This document shows, one piece after another, positions 23,864-36,480 of a stretch of DNA of 64,000 nucleotides. The translations under genes were made by a program, and so were the position numbers. A model generated the notes under the pieces. That model did not search any database and was not told the DNA's origin. It saw nothing but the letters and a program-made list of their open reading frames with translations. This DNA is from Malacoraja senta (taxonomy: Eukaryota). Location of the stretch: the NCBI GenBank assembly GCA_038087875.1, contig CM075988.1, forward strand, positions 2,914,001-2,978,000, written 5' to 3'. Positions within the stretch are counted from its first letter, which is position 1; each line of letters opens with the position of its first letter.

Positions 23864-24149
23864 CTTGCTGCTTCCTGTTTTAAATCATAATCTGATTTGT
23901 AGTTATATTCATGCTGTTATAGTGCTTATTTATCATGTGCTCTGGATATGAACCAGAACAATTACATTTTTATTTGCTGCAGTTCTACAGGCACTCTAGG
24001 TGCCATGACAACAACAATAGATGATAAATGATCAATTATTCTTAAATAAACTAGACCATGACACTGCAAAAACCAGACTACGTAGAGCAGCCACAGTAGT
24101 GCAGTGGTTCGTTAGGGTTGCGGTGATTGAGGTTGGGTTGTGGTTAGGG

Positions 24150-24930
24150 TCATGGAAGGAGGTTCAAGAACCCAAAAGTTGATGGGAAGAAGCTGGTCTT
24201 GAACCTGGAGGTCACTGTCCTCAGGCACCTGTACCTTCTTGGTGGTAGTGAGAGGAGAACAAGGCCAGGGTGGTGTCAGTCTTTGATGATAATAGCTGTC
24301 TTTTTGAGGCAGCACTTTCTGTATGGTGCAGAGGTCAGTACCTGTGATGGACTTGGCAATGGCCATCACATTCTGCAGGCTTCTTTGTTCTTGAGTATTC
24401 GAATTTCCACAAACTTCTGAGAAGGTTGGCAAGCTTTATTTGTGACTACACCAATGTGCGTGGTACAGGTCAGATCTTCAGAGATGTGTATGAACTGGAA
24501 CCTAACGCTGTTAACTCTCTCCACCGCCATCCAACTAATGAAGTCAGGTTCATGAATCCCAGGCATTCCCCTTCTGAAGATAACAATCTGCTTCTTGTCT
24601 TGCTAACAGTGAGAGCAAGATTATTGTTCTGGCACCATTCAATTTATTGATTATTGATCGCCCTTCTGCACTCTAACACATTGTTAGTGGTTATTCCTCC
24701 AACTATGATGGTATCATTGGAGAATTTAAAGATGGGGTAGGAGCTGTGTATGGCTACACGGTCATGTGTGTAGAGAGAGTAGAGCAGGGGACAGAGCACG
24801 CAGCCTTGAGGTGCCCCTGTGCCGATGGTCAGAGAGGAGGAGATGTTGCTGCCAATTCGTGTTGATTGTCTGACGATGAAGAAATCAAGGGTCCAGTTGC
24901 TTAGGGACGAGCAGACCCAGTTTTTTGCAT
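24150..24930 (-). mobile_element. Decayed Rex1/Babar-like RT 3' fragment
   Basis: VERVNSVRF..IHISEDLT, plus GAPQGCVLCP-like coding near 24790-24820. Confidence 0.6.
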
Positions 24931-24936
24931 TTGATG

Positions 24937-25067
24937 TGTAGGAAGGAACTGCAGATGCTGGTTTAAACCGAAGATAGATACTAAAAGCTGGAGTAACTCA
25001 GCGGGACAGGCAGCATCTCTGGAGAGAAGGAATGGGTGACGTTTCGGGTCCAGACCCTTCTTCAGAC
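24937..25067 (-). repeat. Hammerhead-headed short repeat
   Basis: Minus strand GTCTGAAGAAGGGTCTGGACCCGAAACGTCACC. Confidence 0.6.
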
Positions 25068-25402
25068 TTCATTGAAGTAGGGCCTCACCCATTCTTTGCA
25101 TTTAATGATGAGTTTGCATCCAAGATTTTTACTGTACCTCAGTACATGCAACAATAAACTAAACTAAAGTACATACCAGAGCGAGGTGTTTTGTAAAAAT
25201 TCCACATTGCTTTAATGCAAACGACATAAGTGCTAATGATCTGGGCCTGTGAAGAACCATGTAACATGCACCATTCAGAGCAGTTGAAGTGGGGCTGAGA
25301 GCCCACGCATGCTATCAACACAGTCCTGATGACCCCAGCAAACCTGATGCTGGCTCACTGTAGGCGGTTTAATTGTGTGGAATTTAAATACAGTGGTCAC
25401 CG

Positions 25403-26860
25403 CAATAGACAATAGGTGCAGGAGTAGGCCATTCGGTCCTTCGAGCCAACACCGCTATTCAATATGATCATGGCTGATCATCCACAATCAGTACCCGTTC
25501 TATCTATAAAAGCCCCATCTAGCTCTGTCTTGAAAGTATCCAAAGAACCGGCCTCCACCGCCCTCTGAGGCAGAGAATTCCAAAGACTCACAACTCTCTG
25601 TGAGAAAAAATGTTTCCTCGTCTCTATTCGAAATGGCTTACCCCTTATTCTTAAACTGTGGCCCCTGGTTCTGGACTCCCCCACCATAGGGAACATGTTT
25701 CCTGCCTCGAGCGTGTCAAAACCCTTAATAATGTTATATGTTTCAATAACATTCCCTCTCATCCTTCTAAACTCCAGAGTATACAAGCCCAGCCTCTCAG
25801 CATATGACAATCCCGCTATCCCTGGAATTAACCTTGTAAACCTACGCTGCACTCCCTCAATAGCAAGAATGTCCTTCGTCAAATTAGGGGACCAAAACTG
25901 CACACAATACTCCAGGTGTGGTCTCACTAGGGCCCTATACAACTGCAGAAGGACCTCTTTGCTCCTATACTCCTCTTGTTATAAAGGCCAACATGCCATT
26001 CGCTTTCTTCACTGCCTGCTGTACATGCATGCTTACTTTCATTGACTGATGAACAAGGACCCCCCAGGTCCCGTTGTACTTCCCCTTTTCCCTTGACACC
26101 ATTTAGATAATAATTAGATATTATTTAGATAATAATGTGGATAATCTCACATTTATCCACATTAAACTGCATCTGCCATGCATCTGCCCACTCAACCAAC
26201 CTTATACTCGCTAGAATTTAGGAGATTGAGAGGGGATCTTATAGAAACGTACAAGATTCTTATGGGGATGGACAGGCTAGATGCAGGAAGATTGTTCCCG
26301 ATGTTGGGGAAGTCCAGGACAAGGGGTCACAGCTTAAGGATAAGGGGGAAATCCTTTAAGACCGAGATGAGGAAAAACTTTTTCACACAGAGAGTGGTGA
26401 ATCTCTGGAACTCTCTGCCACAGAGGGTAGTTGAGGCCAGTTCATTGGCTATATTTAAGAGGGAATTAGATGTGGCCCTTGTGGCTAAAGGGATCAGGGG
26501 GTATGGAGAGAAGGCAGGTACGGGATACTGAGTTGGATGATCAGCCATGATCGTATTGAATGGCGGTGCAGGCTCGAAGGGCCGAATGGCCTACTCCTGC
26601 ACCTAATTTCTATGTATCTATGTATCTATGTCCAAGTCACCCTGCATTCTCATAGCATCCTCCTCACAGTTCACACTGCCACCCAGCTTTGTGTCATCTG
26701 CAAATTTGCTAATGTTACTTTGAATCCATCTAAATCATTGATGTAAATTGTAAATTGCTGCGGTCCCAGCATCGAGCCTTGCGGTACCCCCTAGTCACTG
26801 CTTGCCATTATGAAAGGGACCCGTTAATCCCTGCACTTTGTTTCCTGTCTGCCAACTGCA
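25403..26860 (-). mobile_element. CR1 fragment, interrupted by a younger CR1 3' end
   Basis: YRALVRPHLEYCVQFWSP..WNSLP. The RT portion resumes after 26630. Confidence 0.85.
26200..26630 (+). mobile_element. Young CR1 3' fragment
   Basis: LYSLEFRRLRGDLIETYK..GY*, with a (TATCTATG)n tail. Confidence 0.92.
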
Positions 26861-28095
26861 TTTCAGTGATCACCAGCCATTCCTATCGCAAGGGTAGGTC
26901 CCCAGTTGTGAGGGCAGGATTAGGCTGGAGTTACCACTCTGGGAGCAGCCTGTTGAGGCTCACCCTCAGGCAGCTGTACCACCCGCTCTGTATCCCTGCT
27001 TGACCATCACAGTTCACACAGCCCCTGCTCCAGTCTCAGGGTGCAAGGATCCTCTGCTCCATTGTCGCCAGAGACCTTTGTGTCCCAACAGCTCCTGGCT
27101 GAAGGAGGAGTAAAGTAATTGAAGCAGTCTTCTTGTTTTTAAAAGTAAAACTTGGTAAGACATGGGATAAACAGAACGTCCTGGATTCAGTCAACAGGTC
27201 CGGCTCGTCAGTGAGGGGAGAACGAGAACATGCTTCATTCCAACCCTGGGCCTAAACCTTTTGGCTGGTTTACCAGAACGCTGCCTGGATTAGAGGATAT
27301 CGGCTACAGGGAGGCTCTGAAGACCTGCTTGAAGAAAGGGTCCAACACAAAACATCACCTATTCCTTTTCTCAGAGATGCTGCCTGACCCGCTGAGTTAC
27401 TCCAGCACTTTGTGTCTATCTTCGGTGTAAACCAGTATCTGCAGTTCCTTCCTAAACAGGGAGAGGATGGACAGACTTAGTTGAACATAGGTTGGATTGT
27501 TTTCTCTGGAACAATGGATATTGAGGGGAGACACCAGAAGTGTATACAATTATGTGAGGCATAGATCGCATAGACAGAAACTTTTTATGGAAATGTCAAA
27601 TACTGGAGGACATAACTTTAAGGTGAGAGAGGTAAAGTTTAAAGAATATGCACAGGGGAAGTTTTGTGGGGAAAGGGGGTGGGGGAGAACAAACGAGGAG
27701 CCAGTGTGGGGGAACCGTCATGGGGGGGGGACATAGAATATCACTGTTACTTGTCACATGTGACAATAAAGTTTCACTAATTTATACAGAGCTTGGTGGG
27801 TCCCTGCAACATACTGCCAGGGGTGGTGATGGAGACAGATACGATGGTGGCATCTAAGAGGCTTTTAAGTAGGCACATGGATATGCATGGAATGGAGGGA
27901 TATGGATCACGTGCAGGCAGAGGAGATTGGAGTAACTTTGCGTCATGTTCGGCACAGACATTATGGACTGAAGAGCCCATTCCTGTGTTGTACTGTTCTT
28001 GTTATTTGTTCTTGTTCCTCAGGTTCTCAAGTTTTGAGCTTCAGGTTCCTTGGCCTTAATATTACCAATGATCTGTCATGAACTAACCACTAGAC

Positions 28096-28848
28096 CAGGG
28101 GTTGGGAACCTTTTCATGTTGGAATGCCGCATTAAGTTAGCTGTAATCTATTAAGGCCGCATCCAAGAAACTTCAATTAGATATACTTCAAAATGTACAT
28201 TATTTTGTAAAAATCTAAGTACTATGTACTAACTTCAAGAAAATGAAAAAAAAATCTTAATTCTAAAGTTAACTAACCTTTTAATGAGTTTATTGTGACT
28301 GCTTTTTGTGGGAATGTATTTGAATATTTGGTTGCAACATGGAAGTACGCAGTTTCAGCTGATCTTCTAGATGGGTATCCATCATTTGTGACCTTAAGGG
28401 CATCTTGATTTGGGTTAGGTAGGAGAACGTTGATTCGCAGCAATGTGGGTGAAAAGCAAGAAAGCATTTTTCGTGCATGTTGCCGAAGACGTGGTATTCT
28501 ACTGCATTTTTCCATATTTCAATCGGATATTTCTTAACGTCAAATAAGAACTTTAAAATTTCATCTTCTGAGAGCTCAATCAATTCCATCTGTAGTTCTT
28601 TAGGAGCCTTGGAGACATCAACCAGGTGAGGTTGAAATGCTAAATTGAATGCTAAAAAAATGCTAATTTTGTTTAATCATATTTTACTCTTTGGTATTTT
28701 AAATACGTTCATTTTAAGATTAAAATAAAAATAATAAAAGACGAACAAAAATATATTGATAAAAATAAAAGGATTTGTTCTACAAAATTTGGATTCATTC
28801 AAAAGGCCGCATTTAATGGCCCAGAAGGCCGCAGGTTCCCCACCCCTG
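28096..28848 (-). mobile_element. hAT (Charlie-like) internal-deletion derivative retaining the transposase C-terminus
   Basis: TIRs CAGGGGTTGGGAACC / GGTTCCCCACCCCTG, 8-bp TSD CACTAGAC/CACTGGAC, and the dimerisation-domain peptide CESTFS..IK..LRS. Confidence 0.88.
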
Positions 28849-29895
28849 CACTGGACACTTCCCCTCTGTTATCAGGCTTCTGAACGGTTCTCCCCTAAGC
28901 AAGGGCACTGTCCGATTCAGCTCTACCCCATTGCGGACATTGGACTTTGTCTCTGGAACACGTGCACTACAATGCTGAGAACTATTATCCGCACCCTGTA
29001 TCTTCCCCCTTCGTTTTACCTATTGTACTGAGGCTTGATGGTACTGTATTATCTAACCTAATTGAATAGCATGGAAAACAATGCATTTTCACTGTAACTT
29101 GGTACGTGTGACAATAATAAACCTAAACCTAATCTGAACCTTTGTCCTTTATTCTATGGTGAGAAATCCAGCAGACTTTACTTCTGCTAAGCAATGGGAT
29201 TCTGTCCCTAACTTCCAGATTGCTACTCTGCCTGTGATTGCAGGTGAAGTTTGGGTGCTCGACACATTTGGCATGACCTGGATCACCTCCCAGTCTCTGC
29301 CCGGGTCAGTGAGCTGACCACTTCCCAAGGGGAAGACAGAGGAACGTCAATCTGAATCTGACTCTCCAAAATCAGCCGGGATCGTGTCGGCCTCCCGCCC
29401 GGCCCCATCGTTGATCTAATGCTGCCCGTCTCAGTGCGGGTGGAGAGGAGTGAGATCTGTATCCCCTCCCTTTCAGTTTCAGTTTAGTTTATTGTCACGT
29501 GTACCGAGGTACAGTGAAAAGCTTTTGTTGCGTGCTAACCAGTCAGCAGAAAGACAATACATGATTATAATTGAGCCATTCACAGTGAACAGATACACGA
29601 TAAGGGAAAAAGTTTAGTGCAAGATGAAGCCAGTAAAGTCCGATCAAAGATAGTCACCAATGAAGTAGATAGTAGTTCAGCACTGCTCCCTAGTTGTGGT
29701 AGGATGATTCAGTTGCCTGATAACAGCTGGGAAGAAACTGTCCCTGAATCTGAAGGTGTGCGTTTTCACACTTCTACACCTTTTGCCCGATAAAAGTGGC
29801 CAAGGTGCGACTTGTCCTTGATTATGCTGCTGGCCTTGCCGAGGCAGCGTGAGGCATAAATGGAGTCAATGGAAGCTGACGTTGGTTCGTGATAT

Positions 29896-32800
29896 TGTTG
29901 ATTTAGAGTCCTCATAATAATAATGTCCTCACACCATGTCAGGTTATACACAGTTTATTAGAAATAAGCAACCACAACTTCTCACTTGAGAGTTCACTTT
30001 TAGACTAACGGAGGGCAGTAGACCGCAACGCTAACAAGCTAGAGGGGGCGTAACTACAAATTCATGACTCATAGCATGAGCCACTAATCTACATCCCCCC
30101 TCTTAAAGAATCAATAACGCTGTATACCCACAACTAAGCAAAGCAAATATCGCAACCGATGACCAATGTATATAAAGTCAAACATAGTCCGGATACTTCA
30201 CAACCGGCCAGCAAACACGACCGGCATGTGTACGATAGAGGCTCCATTCCCCATTCTTTTTCTCCTGCATCACTTATCTCCTTTAATGGTTCAGCACTAC
30301 ACCCTATCGGCCAACTAAAGTTACGTTGCCGTCTCAACGCGCGTGACCACATCCTGGATTTCTACGTGGTACGCAAGAAGGTACCATCCATACTGGGTTC
30401 CGATGCATGCCATGACATGGGTTTGATTTCCTTCAGCCCTTCAGTCTGTCCATTGACTATAGGCTGTGATTTTACACATCACATTTTAACACAATACAAG
30501 GATTTGTTTAACGACGAGCTGGGCAGGTTGCCTGTGAGATACACGATTACTATTGACCTTGAGGCAATCCCAGTTGTTCGTGCAGCTCACAGGATTCCCC
30601 ATGCCATGCGGGATCACGTACAAAGTGAACTTAACAGAATGGTGGCTCTTGGTGTGATTACTCCCGTAACTGAACATTCAGACTGGGTCTCCTCAATGGT
30701 TGTTACTACTAAGAAGAATAAAGATGAGATACGGATTTGTATTAACCCCAAGGACTTAAATACTGCAATTAAGAGACCACGTTATCCAATGCGTTCAGTG
30801 GACGAGATTGCGGCGCAGATGGCCGATGCAACTGTATTCACAGTGCTAGATGCCAAGAGTTCATTCTGGCAGATTCCACTGGAACATAAATCCTCCAAGC
30901 TGACAACTTTCAGTACACCGTTCGGACGATATACATTTTTGAGAATGCCCTTTGGTATAAGTCCTGCCAGTGAAGTGTTTCAACAATCCATGGAGCAATT
31001 GTTTTCCGGATACCCTTGCTCCATCGTAGTTGACGATATCCTCATTGCTGGGAAAACGATCGAGGAACACGACGCCAATCTGACAAAAGTATTGAAGCGT
31101 GCTGAGGCCATCCATCTAAAACTCAATCCCCAAAAATGCAGATTCAGAGTGAATGAGATAAAATACCTAGGCCATATATTTACCAAGGATGGCCTGAAAA
31201 CCGATCCAGTGAAAACCAGTGCCATTAATGAAATTCCAGCACCCACGGATGTGCCCAGCTTGCAGAGGTTCCTTGGCATTGCGAACTATTTGAGCAAATT
31301 CATTCCAGATTTCAGTGAAACGTCAGCCCCATTACACCATCTCACACACAAAGACACTGCTTGGACCTGGCATGAACAACAACAGACAGCATTTGACACT
31401 CTGAAACGGCAGATGTCGCCCACCCTTACTCTAGCATACTTTGATCATAGACTGCCTATTACACTTACATGTGACGCCTCACAACATGGCCTGGGTGTGG
31501 CATGCCTTCAAAATGATGGTCATGGCCATAAGCCTGTCGCCTATGCCTCGCGCACCTTGTCTGACACAGAACAACGATACGCCCAAGTCGAAAAGGAGTT
31601 GCTAGCGGTTGTTTTCGCCTGCAAAAAGTTCAACGATTTCATCTTTGGTCGCACTGTTACAATTGAAACCGACCACCAACCTCTTATCAGCATTTTCAGT
31701 AAACCTATTCATAACTCTCCTGCGCGCCTTCAACGGATGTTACTGCAACTTCAAAAATATGACATAGTCCTCACCTACAAACCTGGCAGACACTCTTTCA
31801 CGTGCACCTCGGAAGACCTGCGAGAATCTGCCCTCACAGGATGATGACTTTTTCGTGATGTCCGTATCCTTCATCCCTTCATCATGGATGGAGGACCTGG
31901 TTGCCCACACTGCCGCCGACAAGATCCTACAGTCGCTAACTTCTATCATTAAGCGGGGCTGGCCAGACAAGCACTACAAGCCACTTCCATTGCCAGTCCG
32001 ACCTTTCTTCCCTGTTCGGGACGAATTAGTGCTACAAGACAGAATTGTTTTAAAAGGACACAAGGCCGTGGTTCCTGTTTCGCTGCGTCACCGGTATTTT
32101 GACACTGTCCATGCAGGACACCCATGTGCTGAAGCCACTGTTTCACAGGCAAAAAGCATGTTTTACTGGCATGGCATAGCTGAATACATCAATAAAAATG
32201 TGGCAGCTTGTGCTGTGTGCGATAGCCTGGCACCTCATCAACAAAAGCAACCACTTCTGCCACATCCTGTACCTGCGCTCCCATGGCACGGCAAGCAGTA
32301 CCTGGTGCTCGTGGATTCATATTCAGGGTGGTTCGACATTGATTTTCTCAGCAGCCCCACTTCCAGCGGCGTGATTTCAAAATTATCTCATCATTTTTCA
32401 ATCCATGGATCTCCAGGCAAGCTGTTGACTGACAATGGCAGCCAGTTCACCAGCCAACAATTCAGAGAGTTTGCCAGACGCCGGAATTTTCACCACATCA
32501 CCAGCAGCCCTGAGTATCCACAGGCTAGCTGAACGGGCTGTCAGAAGTGCAAAACAAATCATGGAGCACTCTCACAGGGCCAAATCTGATGTATTCCTGG
32601 ATTTGCTCAACTTACGTAACATTTCCCGTGACCCTGCCTTGGGTTCACCTGCTCAACGATTATTGTCAAGGCAGACCCGTACCCCATTGCCCGTCGCAGA
32701 ACAAACTTTAATCCCACTTCTGACACCATGTTGATTTAGAATCCTCATAATAATAATGTCTTCACACCATGTCAGGTTATACACAGTTTATTAGGAATAA

Positions 32801-32924
32801 GCAACTACAAGTTCTCACTTGAGAGTTCACTTTTAGACTAACGGAGTGCAGTAGGCCGCGACGCTAACGACCTAGTGGGCGTAACTACAAATGCATAACT
32901 CATAGCATGAGCCACTAATCTACA
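29896..32924 (-). mobile_element. Gypsy element with minus-strand LTRs, PBS and PPT but plus-strand (inverted) pol; gag absent
   Basis: LTRs 29896-30093 and 32729-32924. PBS TGGTGTCAGAAGTGGGAT on minus (32711-32728), PPT on minus (30094-30102). GTGAT on both flanks, with a 2-nt offset on the left. Confidence 0.92.
30245..32715 (+). pseudogene. pol: Gypsy pol segment (protease C-terminus, RT, RNase H, integrase core), frameshifted
   Basis: SILG, IRICINPKDLN, RMPFG, VVDD, CDAS, EKELLA and TDNG motifs. Confidence 0.92.
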
Positions 32925-34589
32925 GTGATGGTCAGGGTTGTGTCCAGAACTCTGCAATTTCCTGCGGTCATGGATGAAGCTGTTCCCAAACCAAGTGGAG
33001 ATATCTGATCTCAACAAAGGGAGATCCGGTGGCTCTCCAGATCCCTCTGCTGGGCAGTTCTCTCATTGCTGTTCTCACTGACTCTGCTCCATCATCTTAC
33101 TGGGCTCCAAATAGCCTTTGGGGGCCAGTATTTTGGGGCCATACATTGTGCCTCAACCTTTTTGAAATCAAAGAATTGGGTCAGAGAAGCAGAGGACCAA
33201 ACCTGAGAAAAAAATGATCAGAATAGTGAGACTGAAGTGTGAGGGAAATAAAATATTGTTTAGTTTAGTTTTTCTCTTCCAATTTTCCTCTTCCAATTAA
33301 GAGGAAGATGGCGGTGCGCGTAAGTACAGCGGCTCAGCATTCCCCGAGTTGTGGCTCCTTGTTAGTTATTTTATTATTAGTTTATTTACTTTTAAACGCC
33401 ACTAATGCATACGGGAATGTATCGCACAGCTGACACAAACTACTGGAAATCGGTGTGACGCTCGGTGTCAGCTGTGTTTTACACTAAACTAAATTCGACC
33501 ACAACATATCTGTAGAGCTTGTTAAACCACCGGGGTCTCCATGGATTACAATCCCTCCCAGAAGGTGACGATGGCGACACAGAGAAAGGGAACAGAAGCG
33601 AGGCCACCGGGCTGGGATACACGGTAGGATGGAAAAAACCCCGAACAAACCTGCACTGCCAAGCCTTTTCATCGTGAACGTAAAATCACTTTCTAACAAG
33701 GTGGACGAATTGGAACTCGTCACAACAACACAGAAAAGCTTACAGGACTGCAGCGTTACGATTATCACAGATACGAGGCTCAACCCGATGATCCCAGATG
33801 AGGCTATCAGGCTAGCGGGCCATGATAGGAACAGTGACTCCGGTAAGAGCGGTGGGGGGGGTGGTTGAGGGAGGGGGGTTGGGGGGGGGGGTGGACTTTG
33901 TATATACACAAATAACAGCTGGTGCACAGATGTTAAGGTCATTGATGACCACTGCTCTCCGCACCTGGAATATTTATCCATCAAATGTCGCTCCTTATAT
34001 ATGCCACGGGGATTCACGGTTGTCATAATCACGGCGGTATATATACCGCCAGATGCCAATACCGCTCTCTGCTTACTGTCATTAGCAGACAACAGAGCGC
34101 CCATCCTGACGGGGTCTTCATAATAGCAGGGGATTTCAACCAAGTGAAACTAACGACTGTCCTCCCTAAATTCTATCAACATGTGCAATGCCCCACAAGA
34201 GGTAAAAACAAACTGGACCATGTCTATAGCAACATCAAACATGGGTACAAAGCATCACCTCTCCCCCATCTGGGCCATCTGACCACATCTCCCTATTTTT
34301 AACCCCAGCATATAGACCACTCATCAATGCAGTCAAACCAGCTGCTAGGGACATTCAAGTCTGGCCTGAGGGAGCTTCTGGGCAATTTAGGCTGTGGGCA
34401 TCAAAAATTGTCATTAAAAAATTGTCATAAAAAATGTGTCTAGAAATTAACTTTCGTGACCCATGTCTCACAACTGCATGAAATTTTGCACAGATTTAGA
34501 TAAAATATAATTGAGAAGTCATAACTTGTCAATGCCAAAAGTTGCACATTAAATAATTAAACTAATTAGAAAATGAGATCGAAAAAGTA

Positions 34590-35625
34590 AGAGGGGACTC
34601 ACCTCCTTTCAAGAATTGCAGGAGAAATACGATCTGAACACTAATCATTTTTTCAGATACCTCCAAGTTAGGAACTACATGAGAACATACAGGCAAGACT
34701 GCTCCTCTGCAGGTCCAGACAAACTCGATGAGTGTTTGAATAGACATGCAAATACAGAGAAGTTGATATCGCACATTTACAATGCCCTCCAAAACATCGA
34801 CACCCCATCATCTGAGGTTTATAAGCATTCATGGGAGGATGAGATGGTTCAACAAATCTCCAACGATATATGGGAGGAAAGCCGACAATACATCCACTAT
34901 TTCCCCTTAAATGCCAGACACTGCCTGAAACAGTTTAAAGTGCTGCACAGGCTATATTACTCAAATACCAAATTGAGCAAGATTTTCCCCAGTGTTTCCC
35001 CTCTTTGCGATAAATGTCAGTCTCAAGAAGCCACCTTAACCCTTTTGTACTGTGTACAAAAATAGAAAGTTTTGGGATGGAAGTATTCAGCGTCACCTCC
35101 AAACCCTGAAAACTCCATTAGAGCCAGACCCAAAATTGATAATACTGGGAATATCAGAGGCATGTAGCAACCTAACGGTTTCTCAAAGACTCTTTCTCGA
35201 TTACGGTCTAATATCAGCAAAAAAACATACTTAAATTCTGGAAAAAGACTGCAGTCCCCTCAGTGAAGATGTGAATTACTGAAATGACGGATACACTACA
35301 TCGAGAAAGAATTAGGTTTATCTTGAATGACAAACCGGAATTTAAAAAAAAAATATGTTCTCCTTTTATTGATTTTCTTGAGCAATAGAATGGTTGAACA
35401 CAAATTAGAAATTGATCGTAGGGCTGGGTGAGCGGACACATGGGTGGGTCGACGGACATATCATTTTTTATCATTTTTCTCTTTCCTTTTTCTCTTTCTT
35501 CTCTTTTCAACAATGTTTGGTTTCTAAAATGTAAAAATTGAAGCTGTGCTAGATTTGTAGAACTGTCAAGTCCTTTTTTTGTGCAATTGCTTCCAATATA
35601 ATATATATTAAAAAATGAAAAAGTA
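34590..35625 (+). mobile_element. L1 3' fragment, decayed
   Basis: FFRYLQVRNY..QFKVLHRLYYS..CDKCQSQEAT, homologous to the C-terminus of the intact L1 ORF2. A-rich end. Confidence 0.85.
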
Positions 35626-36354
35626 AGCGCCATCTAGTGTCCAATGCCCATATTACGCCATGGGGGAGCCTATTTCCGTGTTGCAGTCTATTTAAACTAT
35701 GTATTATTATACTATATATACATATACATATATAATATAGTATAATAATATATAGTATAATAATATATGGTTTATATATATATGACTTGTGAATATGACT
35801 GTAATCATATACAATTATGCATAATTATATTATATAAAATAATATAATGAATATAATTGTGAGTGTGTATTTTTAATGAGACTGCCGCAGAGGTCCGGCT
35901 CCTGAACCAGCCTAATTAATGGATGAGGGCAGTTCCTCTGGGTTCCCCCATTTATTGAACCCCACTGACTGCCAGTGTGCAGAGTGGGGGTCAAGGCCAT
36001 AATGGGACTGGAGCAGTGCCAGGCTGGGGGAAGACTAAAGCATCTTCCACTGACAGGAAAATGCCTAACCCTAACCGTAACTCGCCCCCCTTTCAGAGCT
36101 GCTCACAGCTGGAGCTGGAGCCATTTTGGGACCGGCTGCAGGCTCCGTACTTGTGGCCGGTGGGTCCACGTTGGTCAGCATGCCCTTCTTGATCATCATG
36201 GTGATGATGGTGGGGAGCAGCACTGCTCTGCACGCCGCCCGGGCCGCTTTCAGCACCCCCATAGCGCCGGCTCCATCAGACTGCCCACACGCTCACTGCA
36301 ACACCGGCCTACCAACAGCCCGACCAATGATTCGCAGCACCCACCGGCCATCCG

Positions 36355-36480
36355 ACCACTCGCAGCACCCAACGGAGGCCCGGCCCAACTCTCACAACCC
36401 AACAGAGGTCCGGCCCAACTTTCGCCACCCAACGGAGGTCCGGCCCAAATTTCACTACCCACCGAAGGCCTGGCCCGACC
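36355..36480 (+). repeat. Minisatellite, ~30-bp unit
   Basis: Repeated CCCAACGGAGGTCCGGCCCAACT... Confidence 0.7.

Larger units (their letters stand above)
29475..33000 (-). mobile_element. Old LINE 3' fragment (Rex/L2-like) hosting the third Gypsy insertion
   Basis: SIDSIYASRCLGKASSIIKDKSHLGH peptide. Host sequence resumes at 32925. Confidence 0.55.

Noticed and set aside
28290..28620. GTF2IRD2-like host exon
   Set aside because: It lies between hAT TIRs with an 8-bp TSD and is frameshifted.
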